Part shown: positions 22,113 through 33,530 of the stretch, one piece after another
Layout: each line of letters begins with the position of its first letter
Position numbering within the stretch: position 1 is the stretch's first letter
Assembly (NCBI GenBank): GCA_963804955.1
Contig: CAWDSQ010000011.1
Location: forward strand, 1-64,000
Direction of reading: 5' to 3'
From: an uncultured delta proteobacterium
Lineage (GTDB): Bacteria > Desulfobacterota > WTBG01 > CAIYCZ01 > CAIRTM01
Length of the DNA: 64,000 bases
Notes under the pieces: generated by a model
What the model was told of the DNA's origin: nothing
The model's database searches: none
Seen by the model: only the letters and a program-made list of their open reading frames with translations
Position numbers and translations under genes: made by a program

Positions 22113-22670
22113 ATGAACATCGCGGATGCAGGACTCACCTTTGAAGAGCAGCAGGAGCAGGCGGAATATTTTCTCAAGAAGCTTACTATTCCGGTTAAAA
22201 GGCTCAACCGCAAGGAGCTTGAACAAGAGGTTGCCGAGTTTTTAAAAAAGCCGCAGTGCCTGAGCCTTGCCACCGTGAACCCCGACGGAACGCCGCATCA
22301 GACCATACTTGATTATGTGAGCGAAGGCCTCGATATCTATATCGCCAGCGCCGGCGGTGAAAAGTTTGTGAATCTCGACAGGTCAAACAAGGTTTCGGTC
22401 ACCATCGGCTTCACCAATGGCTATATCGAGTCGGAATACGGCCTCATCATCGACGGCACGGCCGAGGTCAACAAAGCGCCGCATCCGAAATTTCTCGTTG
22501 GCATGATGAAAATGAAGGGCTTTCTTGAGGAATGGTCAAAGGCCGTGCAGCCCATGGAGAATATTATCAAGCGCGTGGTCACGGCCCGGACCATTAAAAT
22601 CACCCCGGACCGCATAACCTATATGAACATGCCCGGCGGCGTGCCCTGGGTGCGCTGGGAAAAGAAGTAA
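22113..22670 (+). CDS. Pyridoxamine 5'-phosphate oxidase-like protein
   Basis: LSLATVNPDGTPHQT, GEKFVNLDRSNKVSV, IKITPDRI. Confidence 0.85.
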   Translation: MNIADAGLTFEEQQEQAEYFLKKLTIPVKRLNRKELEQEVAEFLKKPQCLSLATVNPDGTPHQTILDYVSEGLDIYIASAGGEKFVNLDRSNKVSVTIGFTNGYIESEYGLIIDGTAEVNKAPHPKFLVGMMKMKGFLEEWSKAVQPMENIIKRVVTARTIKITPDRITYMNMPGGVPWVRWEKK

Positions 22671-22823
22671 TTCGCGAAGCGTAATTGGTTTTTCAGATAC
22701 AGCGGCGGCCGGACAGTTTCAGGCCGTCGTTTTTTTGCACAGCAGTACGGGCCGTGGTGCTTGCTTTCGCACCGGTGCTGTGCTAGGTTTTGCTGCACTT
22801 TATTTATATGGAGGGAAGCAGTT

Positions 22824-23435
22824 GTGGAGCAGAAAAAAAGCAGCAATGTCGTCTGGCACCAGCCGACGATCACTAAAAAAGACCGGGAGAAACTTTTCGG
22901 CCACCGGGGCGCGGCCCTGTGGATGACGGGCCTGTCGGGATCGGGCAAGTCGACTGTTGCCCTTGAGGTTGAAAAAAAGCTGCATGGCCTGGGATGCCAC
23001 ACCTATGTGCTCGACGGCGACAATGTTCGCCACGGCCTGAATGCCGACCTCGGCTTTTCTGCCGAAGACCGGCAGGAGAATATCCGGCGGCTTGCTGAAG
23101 TGGTAAAGCTGTTTGCCGATGCAGGGATCATCGTGCTGTCTGCCTTCATTTCGCCCTACCGCGCCGACCGGGAGCGCGCGCGCAACCTGCTGCCCGAGGG
23201 GGACTTTTTCGAGATATACTGCCGCTGCGGCATTGACACCTGCGAAGAGCGCGACCCGAAGGGCCTCTACAAAAAGGCGCGAGCGGGTGAAATAGCCGAC
23301 TTTACCGGCATATCGGCGCCCTATGAAGAGCCCGACATGCCCGAGATCATCATCGATACCGACCGCCATCCTGTCGAGGTCTGCGCAGACCAGATCATCG
23401 CCCGCCTGAAAGATGCAGGTGTTTTGAAACCCTGA
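22824..23435 (+). CDS. cysC: Adenylyl-sulfate kinase
   Basis: [51 protein letters not shown]. Confidence 0.97.
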   Translation: MEQKKSSNVVWHQPTITKKDREKLFGHRGAALWMTGLSGSGKSTVALEVEKKLHGLGCHTYVLDGDNVRHGLNADLGFSAEDRQENIRRLAEVVKLFADAGIIVLSAFISPYRADRERARNLLPEGDFFEIYCRCGIDTCEERDPKGLYKKARAGEIADFTGISAPYEEPDMPEIIIDTDRHPVEVCADQIIARLKDAGVLKP

Positions 23436-23445
23436 GATTTTTTCA

Positions 23446-23512
23446 TCCATGGTGATCCCTGAGCGGGAAAATCATTCGTTCACCCTTCGACCGGCTCAGG
23501 GCGAACGGGTTT
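23446..23512. repeat. Degenerate REP-like palindrome (CCCTGAGC...CCCTTCGACCGGCTCAGGGCGAACGG)
   Basis: Related motif CCCTGAGCGAAGCCGAAGGG at about 52643. Confidence 0.5.
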
Positions 23513-23693
23513 ATTCTATTTCCAGTATTCATGAACGAAAAAAACAAAAGCCTCATGAAAAACACGCAGTGGGTGGTTTTGACGTGCTGTATCGCCGGAG
23601 AAACAGCAAAGAGCACGGCATACATTGTTCTGCAAGGACTGTGACCACAATGAGTGTGCCCGCTGCTGCTAAGAGCGCATGAAAGTCATGGAA

Positions 23694-23762
23694 TGTCATC
23701 CTGAACGAAGTGAAGGATCGCTGATGACTAAAACGACGAGATTCTTCGCTGCGCTCAGAATG
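23694..23762. repeat. REP-like palindrome, variant of A
   Basis: TGTCATCCTGAACGAAGTGAAGGATC...GATTCTTCGCTGCGCTCAGAATG. Confidence 0.6.
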
Positions 23763-23763
23763 G

Positions 23764-23884
23764 ATGCCGGTCTACGGGGTTGCGCTTGCATGGCTGGTTT
23801 TGGGCGAGGCGCCGGCGGTTCACCACCGTGCTCGGCGGCCTCATGATCGTTGGGGCGGCGGCTTTTGAGTCATATCGGGCATAA
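23764..23884 (+). pseudogene. C-terminal remnant of an EamA/DMT transporter
   Basis: MPVYGVALAWLVLGEAP..TTVLGGLMIVGAAAFESYRA*; begins right after the repeat. Confidence 0.55.
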
Positions 23885-24046
23885 AGCCGAACGCCTTGAT
23901 TATTGCGGGTGACATTCTTCTATGTAGTAGATATCAGAGTCGTAAGAAAAGAACGCGCATTAAATTGGCCGGATTCGCCTGATAATCGAGCTCCGCCGTT
24001 GCGGCGCAACAAAGGGTTTTCTAAATCAACAAAAGGCACTACGCCT

Positions 24047-25666
24047 ATGATAAAAACAATGCTGATATGTCCTTTGTTGTATCCTTATTTTGTGCGCCTG
24101 CAAAGGCAGGCAGGAGCTCACCCCCGAAGCGCCTGCGGTGCCTCCCACGCGAATCGTCACTGCCGCACACCGTAGTGGTGGAGGAAGAAACGATCTATTC
24201 GCCGGCGCCTGCCGGCAACGGGCAGGCGCCACCGGCCTGCGACTACGTACGCTATCTGCGGTTTCGGCCCGCTTCCGACAATGACACGCCCGTGCCGGTG
24301 AAGGCCGTTGTCATCATGATACCGGGCTATATCGGCGGCGCCGGCAGCTTCGGCTATCTTGCCCGCCAGCTGGTCGCTCTTGGGGGCGATACATTCCCTG
24401 TTGAAGTCTGGGCTCTTGACCGGCGTTCAAACTGCCTTGAGGACCAGACCGGCATGCAGGAGGCAGAAAGCACGTGAAGATCCGCAGGCGGCCCTTGATT
24501 ACTATTATAACGGTGTGTCCATCGATGGCAGTACGTTTGGCGGTTTCTACACGGAAGCCGATACGCCGTATCTTTCTGAATTCGGCCTGCAGCTGCTCAT
24601 GCAGGACATACACGCCATACTTGAAGAAAAAATCCCCGATCCAGCTGACCGCAAAAAAACGGTCTTTATTGCAGGGCATTCCATGGGAGCATCCATTGCA
24701 GCAGCCTATGCCGCATGGGATTTTGACAATGACTCGGCAACACTTGACGATGCAGGGTTCAATAATTGCGCCGGCCTTATCGGCCTTGAAGGCTCGATTG
24801 CCGTGTGGTCGTCATCCACCTCGGAGAAGCGCTACGCTCGAAGGCTTGCCGGGCTGCGCGAGCCTGCGCCTGATCGGCAGGCAGGTTTCAGCATAACGCC
24901 GGAAGCAATGGCGCTCATTGAAATACTTTCCCTGTATGCCGGTTTTGCACCTCAGGATGAATCAACCATTTTTCGCGGCATAGCGGTTTCACCCGCAACG
25001 GAGCGCCTTATTAAGTTTTTTACCACCTACGGCCTGCACAGCGCCGGGCCCTGCGCGCCAGCGCTCGGGGATTTCCATCTGAGCAATGAGGCCATGTTCG
25101 GTCTTTTTTCCGATGACAATTTTCAGCCCATCAGCATCGGCCGGGTGAGCCTCGGGTTTCTGACAGGCGGGCCGGTTGTGCGGCGCAGGAGCCTGTTCGG
25201 GGGCGAAGGACTGTTCGCGCCTGCCGATGCCGACAACGGCACCTTCTACACCTGGGCCAATTTCGATACGACCGGCACGGCCGATGAGCCGGCATACACC
25301 GACATGACCGGCGAGGTAGTGCTGACCACGGCGGAAACGGAAGTGACCGATATACAGGATTATGCCCGGGCCGTTTTTGAAGGACCGCTGAATTTCTATG
25401 AGTGGTATTTCCCCGGTCGGCTGTCAGTCGATCTCGGCATAGTTTCGGCGCCGTTCAGGGCGCGCTACGGCATACGGTCTGATCATCTGGACGGGATAGA
25501 TGCCCTGCCTAAAATAGAGTTCCTCGCGCACAACATACCCGGCTATGATCACCTCGACGTGCTGTGCGCCGCCGCCGACCGGCCACAGCGCAGGAAAAAT
25601 GAAGTGCTTGCGCCGCTGCTTGATTTTTTGAAGGCCCACAGCTCGGGAACCGTTTTTGTTCCTTGA
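24047..25666 (+). CDS. Secreted alpha/beta-fold hydrolase (frameshifts near 24065 and 24470)
   Basis: IPGYIGGAGSF, WALDRRSN, GHSMG nucleophile elbow, GYDHLD. Confidence 0.8.
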
Positions 25667-25818
25667 GGGTTTTTTGACGACAGAGGCAACCTGCGTATTT
25701 TTGGGCATGAACCTTGACACGCACTGGCAGCAGACCTATACTGCTGCCGCAGATTCCGGCACCATCCTTATCACCACAGCGTGAGACGATAATCGATCTG
25801 ATCAACAGGAGTCACTGT

Positions 25819-26891
25819 ATGGCAAGCACCTTACTGGCAGGCGATATCGGCGGCACGAAAACCATTTTATGGCTTGTTGATGTTCGCCATCCCCGCTGCA
25901 GCGAAACCAAGCTCAGACAGTCCTGTATGAAGAGACATTTGTCAGCCGCGACTTCCCTGATCTGGTTCCGCTTCTCCAGCACTTCTTGCGCAATGCGGCT
26001 GCCCGCCTCGGTAATTTGCCTTCTGTCAGCAAAGCCTGTTTCGCCGTTGCCGGCCCTGTTTCTGATAATACCTCTGAGCTGACGAATCTGGGGTGGTCTT
26101 TGTGCGGCGAGCGTCTGGCACGCGAGCTTGGCATTGCACGCGTTCAGTTGATTAATGATTTTGCCGCCGTGGGCTATGGCATACCGGCGCTGCTGCCGGG
26201 GGATACGGTGACGCTGCAGGCAGGTGTGCCGGACGGACATGCACCAGTGGCCCTTATCGGCGCAGGCACCGGCCTCGGGGAAGGCTTTTTCGTGCCGCTG
26301 CCCGGCGGGGGGTATCGGGTATTTCCGAGCGAGGGGTCGCATGCCGACTTTGCGCCACGGTCGCCCCTTGAGTTTCAATTGCTCAATTATCTGCGGGAGC
26401 GCCACCAGATACCCCGGGTGTCTGTAGAGCGGGTCGTGTCAGGGATGGGGATTGTTTCAATATACCAGTTTCTTCGCGATCAGTCGCCGCAGCAGGAGTC
26501 GGCAGCCCTTGCAAAAATCTACCGCACGTGGCAGCAGGAACTCGGCAAGGCGGAAAAAACGATTGATCTGAGCGCCGAAATCTCCCGCGCAGCTTTGACC
26601 GGTGATGATTATCTATGCACGCAAGCGATCAATCTTTTTATCGAAGCCTATGGCGCTGAAGCAGGAAATCTCTGCCTGAAACTGCTGCCCTATGGCGGGT
26701 TGTATGTCGCCGGCGGCATAGCTGCTAAAATGCTGCCCCTGATGCAGGCGGGAGGCTTCATGCAGGCTTTTCGCGACAAGGGACGCATGAGCGCTCAGAT
26801 GGCAAAATTTCCGGTGCATGTTGTCATAAATCCCCGCGTGGGGCTCATGGGAGCGGCAATCTGCGCTGCTCAGCCTTTATGCGCTGCCTGA
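25819..26891 (+). CDS. glk: Glucokinase (E. coli-type family), frameshift in the 5' part
   Basis: LAGDIGGTKT, AVAGPV, LINDF, GAGTGLGE, SEGSHADF, ERVVSG, GGLYVAGGIA. Confidence 0.93.
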
Positions 26892-26975
26892 TATCAAACA
26901 ATAATCAGACAGGGCTGCTGCGTATTGTTGTGGCAGGCGTTGTCTGTTTGCCGTATACCATCACACTAGTAGGTT

Positions 26976-27144
26976 AGTGGCTGAACGAAAGTCACTGAAA
27001 GCAGGATGTTCAGGGATCGCTCAGATGCAAGGTCGTTTCGCGAAGTCATTCGAATACGAGGCGTGGGTTTAGGTGCGAAACCGCAACGTGAAGCTTCGGG
27101 CTGAACGCAACGCAGCAGAAGTGCGACTTTTCAGTTCAGGCACT
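26976..27144. repeat. TIR shell (AGTGGCTGAACGAAAGTC / GACTTTTCAGTTCAGGCACT) enclosing a MITE-B-like core
   Basis: Core GCTCAGATGCAAGG...GAGGCGT...CGCAACGCAGCAG shared with 4591-4715; ends resemble the 5147 shell. Confidence 0.6.
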
Positions 27145-27291
27145 GAATTAGGTGTGCACCTGATATTCGGAACTGTGCATGCAGTAAGCGTTACCGGCCG
27201 GCCATTTTATTTCTTGTCCTCATCAGTCTTGCAATTTTTTTTACGGCAGAGGTGCGGTACACATTTGCGCTCCTGCGGAGCAGGTTTTTGA

Positions 27292-28090
27292 ATGAGACCG
27301 GCCGATGCCCCGCCGCTACATGATGGTGCTTCAGCGGCACAGTATGAGCCGCTGTATCAAGGCACCGAGACTATCGCACTTGATACTGCAGCTGCCGGAT
27401 CAGACAACAACGAGGCGACCGACCTGGACGGCATGGATGTGCAGGAAATCGCCGATTTCAGGTCTGCCAGAGTTGCGCAGTACGCATCATTGAATATTTT
27501 CCCGACCGGCTATACTCCACTTCAGGGCGCGAGCGCAAAACTTTTTAAAAACATTGCGCCGGGGGCGCAATGGATTGAAGCCGCAGCCTACTATATCGCC
27601 AATCCCTACGGCCTTATCATACTCTCATGCGCCAGGCAGATCATGCCCGTAAATCGGCAATGCCGTGAAGGTGCGGTTACGTACAGCGAAGGCCGCATTG
27701 AAGAAACGCTCGACGGAGAAAGCGCGCAGTGCTTTTTTGACATGGTTTACGGGGAAACAGCGGAATTTGCCGGAACGCTGCAGGCAGCGATGGTGAACGC
27801 TTATGACAGCGGGTTTTATTTTGCAGGCATTGATGCTGAGCAGTCGCGGAACATTAAAAACGACAGCACAGCCCGGCGGCATTGTCGGTGGAATTTTCAG
27901 CAAGCCGGCCAATTACCACAGGGGCGTGAAGGATGGAAAAAACACCATAAGCACCGAAGATAAAAAGGGATGGATAACCCTCCTGCAGCGCGACGCGCCG
28001 ACTAAAATTGCCGTCAAGCTGTGGCGGAACAGGCCGCAGTCTGCAGCTGACCCGGCTGATATGCTCTATGTTATTTCTGTAGAGCCGTAA
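27292..28090 (+). CDS. Hypothetical, probably exported protein (frameshift near 27875; true start may be upstream)
   Basis: Overlapping ORFs 27292-27963 and 27803-28090. Confidence 0.55.
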
Positions 28091-28311
28091 CTTCACCCAT
28101 GACGCAGACAGTGAACTATTCATGTCCGGCTGCTGTTGTCCTCTTAGCGCCATACCCCACATATTTCCGCCGACACGATCTATTGTCGAGCTGCTGTTTC
28201 AAAACAAAGAGCCTGGAGAGCAACCGTCATCCGGCTACCGGAATGCGTAGATTAAAAATGTAGATTAGAGCATGTAGCTTTCTTCTGTAGACTGAATAAC
28301 TTCAATTTGCC

Positions 28312-28380
28312 CTCTTGACCGAAGGGAGAGATCTCTAACGATTTGCTGCTTCCCGCCTAGCTGCCGGATTCGAAATGACA
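28312..28380. repeat. Degenerate REP-like palindrome A
   Basis: GACCGAAGGGAGAGATCT...GGATTCGAAATGACA. Confidence 0.6.
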
Positions 28381-28410
28381 CCCGGCTCTCATGCTTAGTT
28401 AAAAATGTCT

Positions 28411-29763
28411 TTAGCGGGTGCTGGCAGCAAAGCCGAATACGCGGCGCGCGCTGTTCATAAACCCTTTTTTGGGTTTGCCCGCGGCGCGTTCCCTTGGCAG
28501 GGAGGCCTCTTTTTTCTCCGGGCGACGGGAAGGCTGCTGCTTCTGAGCTGCCCGGTAAGCAGGCTTCTGCTCAGGCCTTGACGCGCGGCGCGGGGGCTGC
28601 TGCCGGGGACTGCGGCTTGCAGGCGGCTGCAGGTGCGAGTAGGCCGGTGTTGCCGTGGTTTCGGTTTTCTGAAGCTGCAGCTTGGCGCCCAGCGACCGCT
28701 CAAGGCAGCGCACGAGGTCCTTATCGTCGCGCGTTACAAAGCTGCATGACTCGCCGGTCTTTTCAGCGCGGCCCGTGCGGCCGACGCGGTGCGTATAGGC
28801 CTCGGCGGTATCCGGCATGTCATAATTGATGACATGGGAGATATCGGCCACATCGATGCCGCGGGCGGCTATGTCGGTTGCCACAAGCACCCGGTAGGTG
28901 CCTTTGCGGAAACCGTCAAGGGCCTGCTGCCGCTTGAGCTGCGACAGGTTGCCGTGCAGCGACGTCGCCTCGAAGCCTGTTCTTTCAAGCTGCTGGGCAA
29001 GGCTTTTTGCCCGGTGCTTCGTGCGCGTGAACACGAGCACGGACGAGGCGCCATTGTCGCTCAGGATGTTTTTCAGCAGCGTTGTTTTGCCTTCCGACTC
29101 AACAGCATAGAAGGCCTGCGTCACGGTTGATGCCGGCGCTGCATGGCCGATCTGTATGGTGACGGGATCGCGCAGGATATCGCGCGCCAGGGTCTGTATT
29201 TCCCGGGGCATGGTGGCTGAAAAAAGCAGGGTCTGCCGGTCTTTGGGCAAACGCTTGATGATTTTCCGGATGTCCGGGAGAAATCCCATGTCAAACATCT
29301 GGTCGGCCTCATCAAGCACCAGCACCTCGACGGTTGCAAGGTTGATGGTGCCGCGCTCCACATGGTCAAGCAGCCTTCCCGGGCAGGCAGAGACGATATC
29401 CACGCCGCTGCGCAGCTTTTGAATCTGGGGCTGAATGCTCACGCCGCCATAGATGCTCATGCCGCGATGCTGCGTATGGCGCCCCAGGCCCTGCACAACC
29501 TGATTTGTCTGCTCGGTGAGCTCGCGCGTGGGGGCAATGATAAGCGCCCGCACATTGCCGCGGGCTTTGTTCATCATGCTCTGCAGTATGGGCAGCACAA
29601 AAGCTGCTGTTTTGCCGGTGCCGGTCTGGGCCGTGCCCATGACATCGCGGCCTTCAAGAATGGGGGGCATGCCCTGCTTCTGAATAGGTGTGGGCACGCT
29701 GTAGCCAAGGGCCTTGATGCCGGTCTTAATTTTGTCGTCAAAATTGAATGTATCAAAATTCAT
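28411..29763 (-). CDS. DEAD-box RNA helicase (RhlE-like)
   Basis: PTPIQ, AQTGTGKT, PTREL, DEAD, SAT, ARGID, HRVGRTGRA; basic C-terminal tail. Confidence 0.96.
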   Translation of the reverse strand: MNFDTFNFDDKIKTGIKALGYSVPTPIQKQGMPPILEGRDVMGTAQTGTGKTAAFVLPILQSMMNKARGNVRALIIAPTRELTEQTNQVVQGLGRHTQHRGMSIYGGVSIQPQIQKLRSGVDIVSACPGRLLDHVERGTINLATVEVLVLDEADQMFDMGFLPDIRKIIKRLPKDRQTLLFSATMPREIQTLARDILRDPVTIQIGHAAPASTVTQAFYAVESEGKTTLLKNILSDNGASSVLVFTRTKHRAKSLAQQLERTGFEATSLHGNLSQLKRQQALDGFRKGTYRVLVATDIAARGIDVADISHVINYDMPDTAEAYTHRVGRTGRAEKTGESCSFVTRDDKDLVRCLERSLGAKLQLQKTETTATPAYSHLQPPASRSPRQQPPRRASRPEQKPAYRAAQKQQPSRRPEKKEASLPRERAAGKPKKGFMNSARRVFGFAASTR

Positions 29764-30528
29764 AGTTTTTTGTTCTCTCTTTTTAATTAATAGGTACTGT
29801 AGTTCTGTGTGTGCCATGCATATGCATGGCGGTTTGTGTTTCTGTTGCCTGTCTGGTTTTACATTGCCTGCTGTATGCTCCCTGTGACCTCGGATTAGTG
29901 ATTAGGGACGCTGAATAGAAAAAAAGCCCGGGGAAGCAACTTAAATCCCGCGGGCTTTTATGTATTAAAAGATACTGGATTTTCAATCAACGTCTATGCT
30001 TATTACTGCTTACAGAATAATATACCCGTTAGCAACAAAAGTCAAACTATAATTTTATTTTTTTTATTTAAAAACCGCATCGATGATTTCGGCAAAGTAA
30101 TTGATTGATAAAAATCCGGTTGCTCTACGCCATTTCCGGCATGCATATCAAGCGTCGGTCTTCATGTCCGTTGTTAGAGCATTTTTCATTATTTTGAAGC
30201 CACTCTGTACACCCGTTCATGGTGGCTGTCGAACCATGAACGGAAAAATGCCCTACGCACTCCTGAAATTCCGGCAATAAATCGTCAGCCATAACAATCC
30301 CCCATGCTATGCGGAACTCCGTATAAGCAGGTATTACCAACAAAATACGGAGTTTAAAATTATTAATTTGACAAAATTATTGCCTTTTGAAATAAACCAT
30401 TTAAGGCAAATCCAGAAATTACGGAACTCCATATAATAATTGTTAGCAACAAATAAATAATCTTGATTTGCTGTTTATTATTGGCCTATATTTAGACCAT
30501 TAAATGAGTCAAAATAAGGAGCTATATT

Positions 30529-30813
30529 ATGAAAACCATTTCCATTACTAATGACATTGTTCCTATTGCCGAATTCAAGGTGGGCATCTCCAAGTGGTTC
30601 AAGAGCCTCAAGGTTACCGGTCATCCTTTGATCATTACGCAAAATGGTAAACCAGCCGGCGTACTTTTATCACCGGGCGACTATGACGAGCTGGTATATA
30701 AAAAATCTTTTCTTGATTCCATTGGAAGAGGACTAGCCGATGCTGATAGCGGAAAAACCTATCACACTGAAGAGGTGCGTGCGTCATTAACCGCAAGAAG
30801 GAACAAAGGATAG
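30529..30813 (+). CDS. Phd/YefM-family antitoxin
   Basis: IVPIAEFK...PLIITQNGKPAGVLLS; upstream TTGATT-N18-TATATT promoter-like sequence. Confidence 0.9.
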   Translation: MKTISITNDIVPIAEFKVGISKWFKSLKVTGHPLIITQNGKPAGVLLSPGDYDELVYKKSFLDSIGRGLADADSGKTYHTEEVRASLTARRNKG

Positions 30814-30819
30814 ATCCTG

Positions 30820-31119
30820 ATGAAAATCAGATGGACACATGAGGCCCTTGAGCGATTAATGGAAATTGAAGAGTATATTTCAAAAGACAGTCCGGGCCGT
30901 GCTGTTCAATTTGTTGAAGAACTTATCGAACACGCGGAAGTATTATCTGACAAACCACGTATAGGCAGAATAGTCCCCGAACTTGCCAACCCCGACATAC
31001 GAGAACTGCTATTTAAAAAATATCGTATTGTCTACAGGCTTAAAGCAAACTGCATCGAAATACTAACCGTTTTTGAAGGCCACAGGCTTCTTCGAGTAGA
31101 TGCATTTGATGTTGAGTAG
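30820..31119 (+). CDS. RelE/ParE-family toxin
   Basis: MKIRWTHEALERLMEIEEYI.KDSP, GRIVPE, IRELLFKKYRIVY. Confidence 0.92.
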   Translation: MKIRWTHEALERLMEIEEYISKDSPGRAVQFVEELIEHAEVLSDKPRIGRIVPELANPDIRELLFKKYRIVYRLKANCIEILTVFEGHRLLRVDAFDVE

Positions 31120-31136
31120 ATAAAAACACTGAACAC

Positions 31137-31190
31137 ACATAACAAATCGCTTCAGCCGACCGCTTTCAGCGGCTGATTTTTTCGTTATAC
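31137..31190 (+). mobile_element. Integron attC site
   Basis: R'' ACATAAC, stem TCAGCCG..CGC/GCGGCTGA, R' GTTATAC, just after the toxin stop codon. Confidence 0.7.
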
Positions 31191-31468
31191 TTTATGTAAA
31201 CAAAAGAAAAGATGCATCTCGCAGATGCATTCAGCAGCGCGCATATGCAGCCGCGAGTCGTATAAAACCTTCTATACCCCTTGCCATTCACGGCTTCCAC
31301 TCCCGGAAAACCCTTCACAGGTGCGTTGCACGGACAGGCATCAAAGACCTGCCGGCCATGCCTTTTCCACCTGCTCCTGAAAGCCGCATATATTTTTACA
31401 TTGCACGGTAACCGGGATCATACTATGTTAGATATATAATTATTATTTTACATAAAGAGACGTTGATT

Positions 31469-32491
31469 ATGCATATGGCAGATGCGCTTATATCTCCGGC
31501 TGTGGGCGCTACCATGTGGGCAGCTTCCGGCGGGCCTCATCGCGTACTGTTCAAAAAAAGTCCGCGCAGAGCTTGACGACCGCAAGGTGCCGCTTATGGG
31601 CGTGCTCGGGCGCGTTTGTGTTTGCCGCGCAGATGATCAATTTCAGCATTCCCGGCACCGGCTCAAGCGGCCATCTGGGCGGCGGGCTGCTGCTTGCCAT
31701 ATTGCTGGGCCCGCATGCCGCCTTTCTCGCCATTGCCTCGGTTCTTATCGTGCAGGCGCTTTTTTTTGCCGATGGCGGCATTCTTGCCCTTGGCTGCAAT
31801 ATTTTCAACCTCGGGTTTTTCCCCTGCTTTATTGCCTATCCGTTTATATATAAAAAAATAGCCTCCGGCCCTTGCAGCAGCATACGCCTGGGCATCGGGG
31901 CGATGCTTGCGGCTGTTGCAGGGCTGCAGCTTGGCGCCTTCAGCGTGGTGCTGGAAACATGTGCTTCGGGTATTTCAGCCCTTCCTTTTGCGACATTTGC
32001 CATGTTCATGCAGCCCGTGCACCTTGCCATCGGGGTTGTTGAGGGCGCTGCAACCGCCGGCATTGTTTATTTTGTCATCAAGGCGCGGCCCGATATTCTT
32101 GATGCAGTGCCCGATGGCTCCCCTTCGCTGCGCAATGTTGCGGTCGGGCTCGGCATAGCGGCACTGCTTATCGGCGGGGTTTTTTCGTGGTTCGCCTCTG
32201 AAAAACCAGACGGCCTTGAATGGGCAATGTCCCGTGTTACGGGCACTGAAGAGATAAGCCCCCGGAAAACCGCAACGCACACTGCTTTTGAGCGCCTTCA
32301 GGAGAAGGTTGCGCTGCTTCCGGACTATGCTTTTAAAAAGCCTGACAATGCTGAGGCAGGGCAGGGACAGGCCGCGGCCGGCGGTCAATCCCGAGACCTC
32401 TGCCGCAGGCATAATCGGCGGCCTGCTGACCCTCGGGGTTGCGCTGCTGACGGGAGTTTTGCTGCGACGCCGGCGCGGCGGAAAAACATAA
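31469..32491 (+). CDS. cbiM: ECF Co/Ni transporter S component CbiM/NikM fused to a PDGLE domain (indels)
   Basis: MHMADALIS N-terminus; GSSGHLGGG, QALFFADGG, FASEKPDGLEW. Confidence 0.9.
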
Positions 32492-32517
32492 CTTGATTTG
32501 TTGGGTTCGCATCACAG

Positions 32518-32652
32518 GTAGGGTGCGCCGTCCGCACCGATGACGGATGGCTTATTGTGTTGCTATGCCCGGCAGTGTGCAAAACCGGGTTGGTGATGGG
32601 GTTTTAATTTTGTTTTTTGATTTGACTTATCGGTGCGCACGGCGAGCCTACG
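32518..32652. repeat. GTAG-type REP doublet
   Basis: GTAGGGTGCGCCGTCCGCACC ... GGTGCGCACGGCGAGCCTAC in inverted orientation. Confidence 0.65.
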
Positions 32653-32717
32653 GGCTTAACCTAACCTGCAAACAAAGTCACTAACAAATATGATGCCGTA
32701 TGGCAGAGCGCTGATCC

Positions 32718-33530
32718 ATGACGTCAAACGACAAGCAACTGTTCAACCTCAACTATCTTGATATTCTTTCCCGTCAGGACACGCCCCTGCACCGCCTTGA
32801 CCCGCGGGCGAAAGTGTTGACCGTATGCATCTTTATTGTGGCCGTTGTTTCGTTCGGGAAATATGAGGTCTCGGCGCTGCTGCCGTTTTTTCTGTTTCCG
32901 GCGGTCATGATCGGCCTTGGCAATCTGCCGGCGGCATATCTTGGGCGGAAGCTTCTTGTGATACTGCCCTTTGCCCTTCTCATCGGCATTGCAAATCCGG
33001 TGTTTGACCGCGAGGTGCTCCTGAGAATCGGGCCTTTTTCTGTTTCCGGCGGCTGGATTTCCTGCTGCTCTATTATTCTGAGATTTGTTTTGACGGCCCT
33101 TGCCGCGCTTATTCTTATTGCCACCACGGGGTTTATAGGTGTCTGCGCAGTGCTTGAGCGCCTGGGGCTGCCGCGCGTTTTTACGGTGCAGCTGCTGTTT
33201 ATACACCGGTATCTGTTTGTCCTCACCGATGAGGCGGCGCGCATGTCGCGGGCCCGTGCACTGCGCTCTTTCGGCATCCGGGGTATGACGCTTAAAACAT
33301 TCTGCCCCCTGGTGGGCCATTTGCTGCTGCGGACCATCGACCGTGCGCAGCGTATCTATCTTGCCATGGTGTCGCGGGGATTCACCGGAAGCCTGCGCAT
33401 GCGCAGCAGGCTCGGCTTCGGCCGCCGCGAGGCAGTGTTTACTGCGGGCTGGGCCGCGGCATTTATGCTCATGCGTATCGTGAACCTGCCCGAGGCAGCG
33501 GGGCGGGCTATTGAAGGAATATTAAGATGA
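32718..33530 (+). CDS. cbiQ: ECF transporter T component CbiQ
   Basis: LHRLDPRAK, RYLFVLTDEA, ARALRSF, AMVSRGF. Confidence 0.93.
   Translation: MTSNDKQLFNLNYLDILSRQDTPLHRLDPRAKVLTVCIFIVAVVSFGKYEVSALLPFFLFPAVMIGLGNLPAAYLGRKLLVILPFALLIGIANPVFDREVLLRIGPFSVSGGWISCCSIILRFVLTALAALILIATTGFIGVCAVLERLGLPRVFTVQLLFIHRYLFVLTDEAARMSRARALRSFGIRGMTLKTFCPLVGHLLLRTIDRAQRIYLAMVSRGFTGSLRMRSRLGFGRREAVFTAGWAAAFMLMRIVNLPEAAGRAIEGILR

Noticed and set aside
29918..29960. Hairpin with a T-run in the helicase leader as an attenuator
   Set aside because: The stem is imperfect and no antiterminator or leader peptide could be supported
31280..31460. Cobalamin riboswitch or NikR box upstream of cbiM
   Set aside because: Only AGACCTGCC and a TCATAC half-site are seen; the conserved B12-box core and a matching half-site are missing
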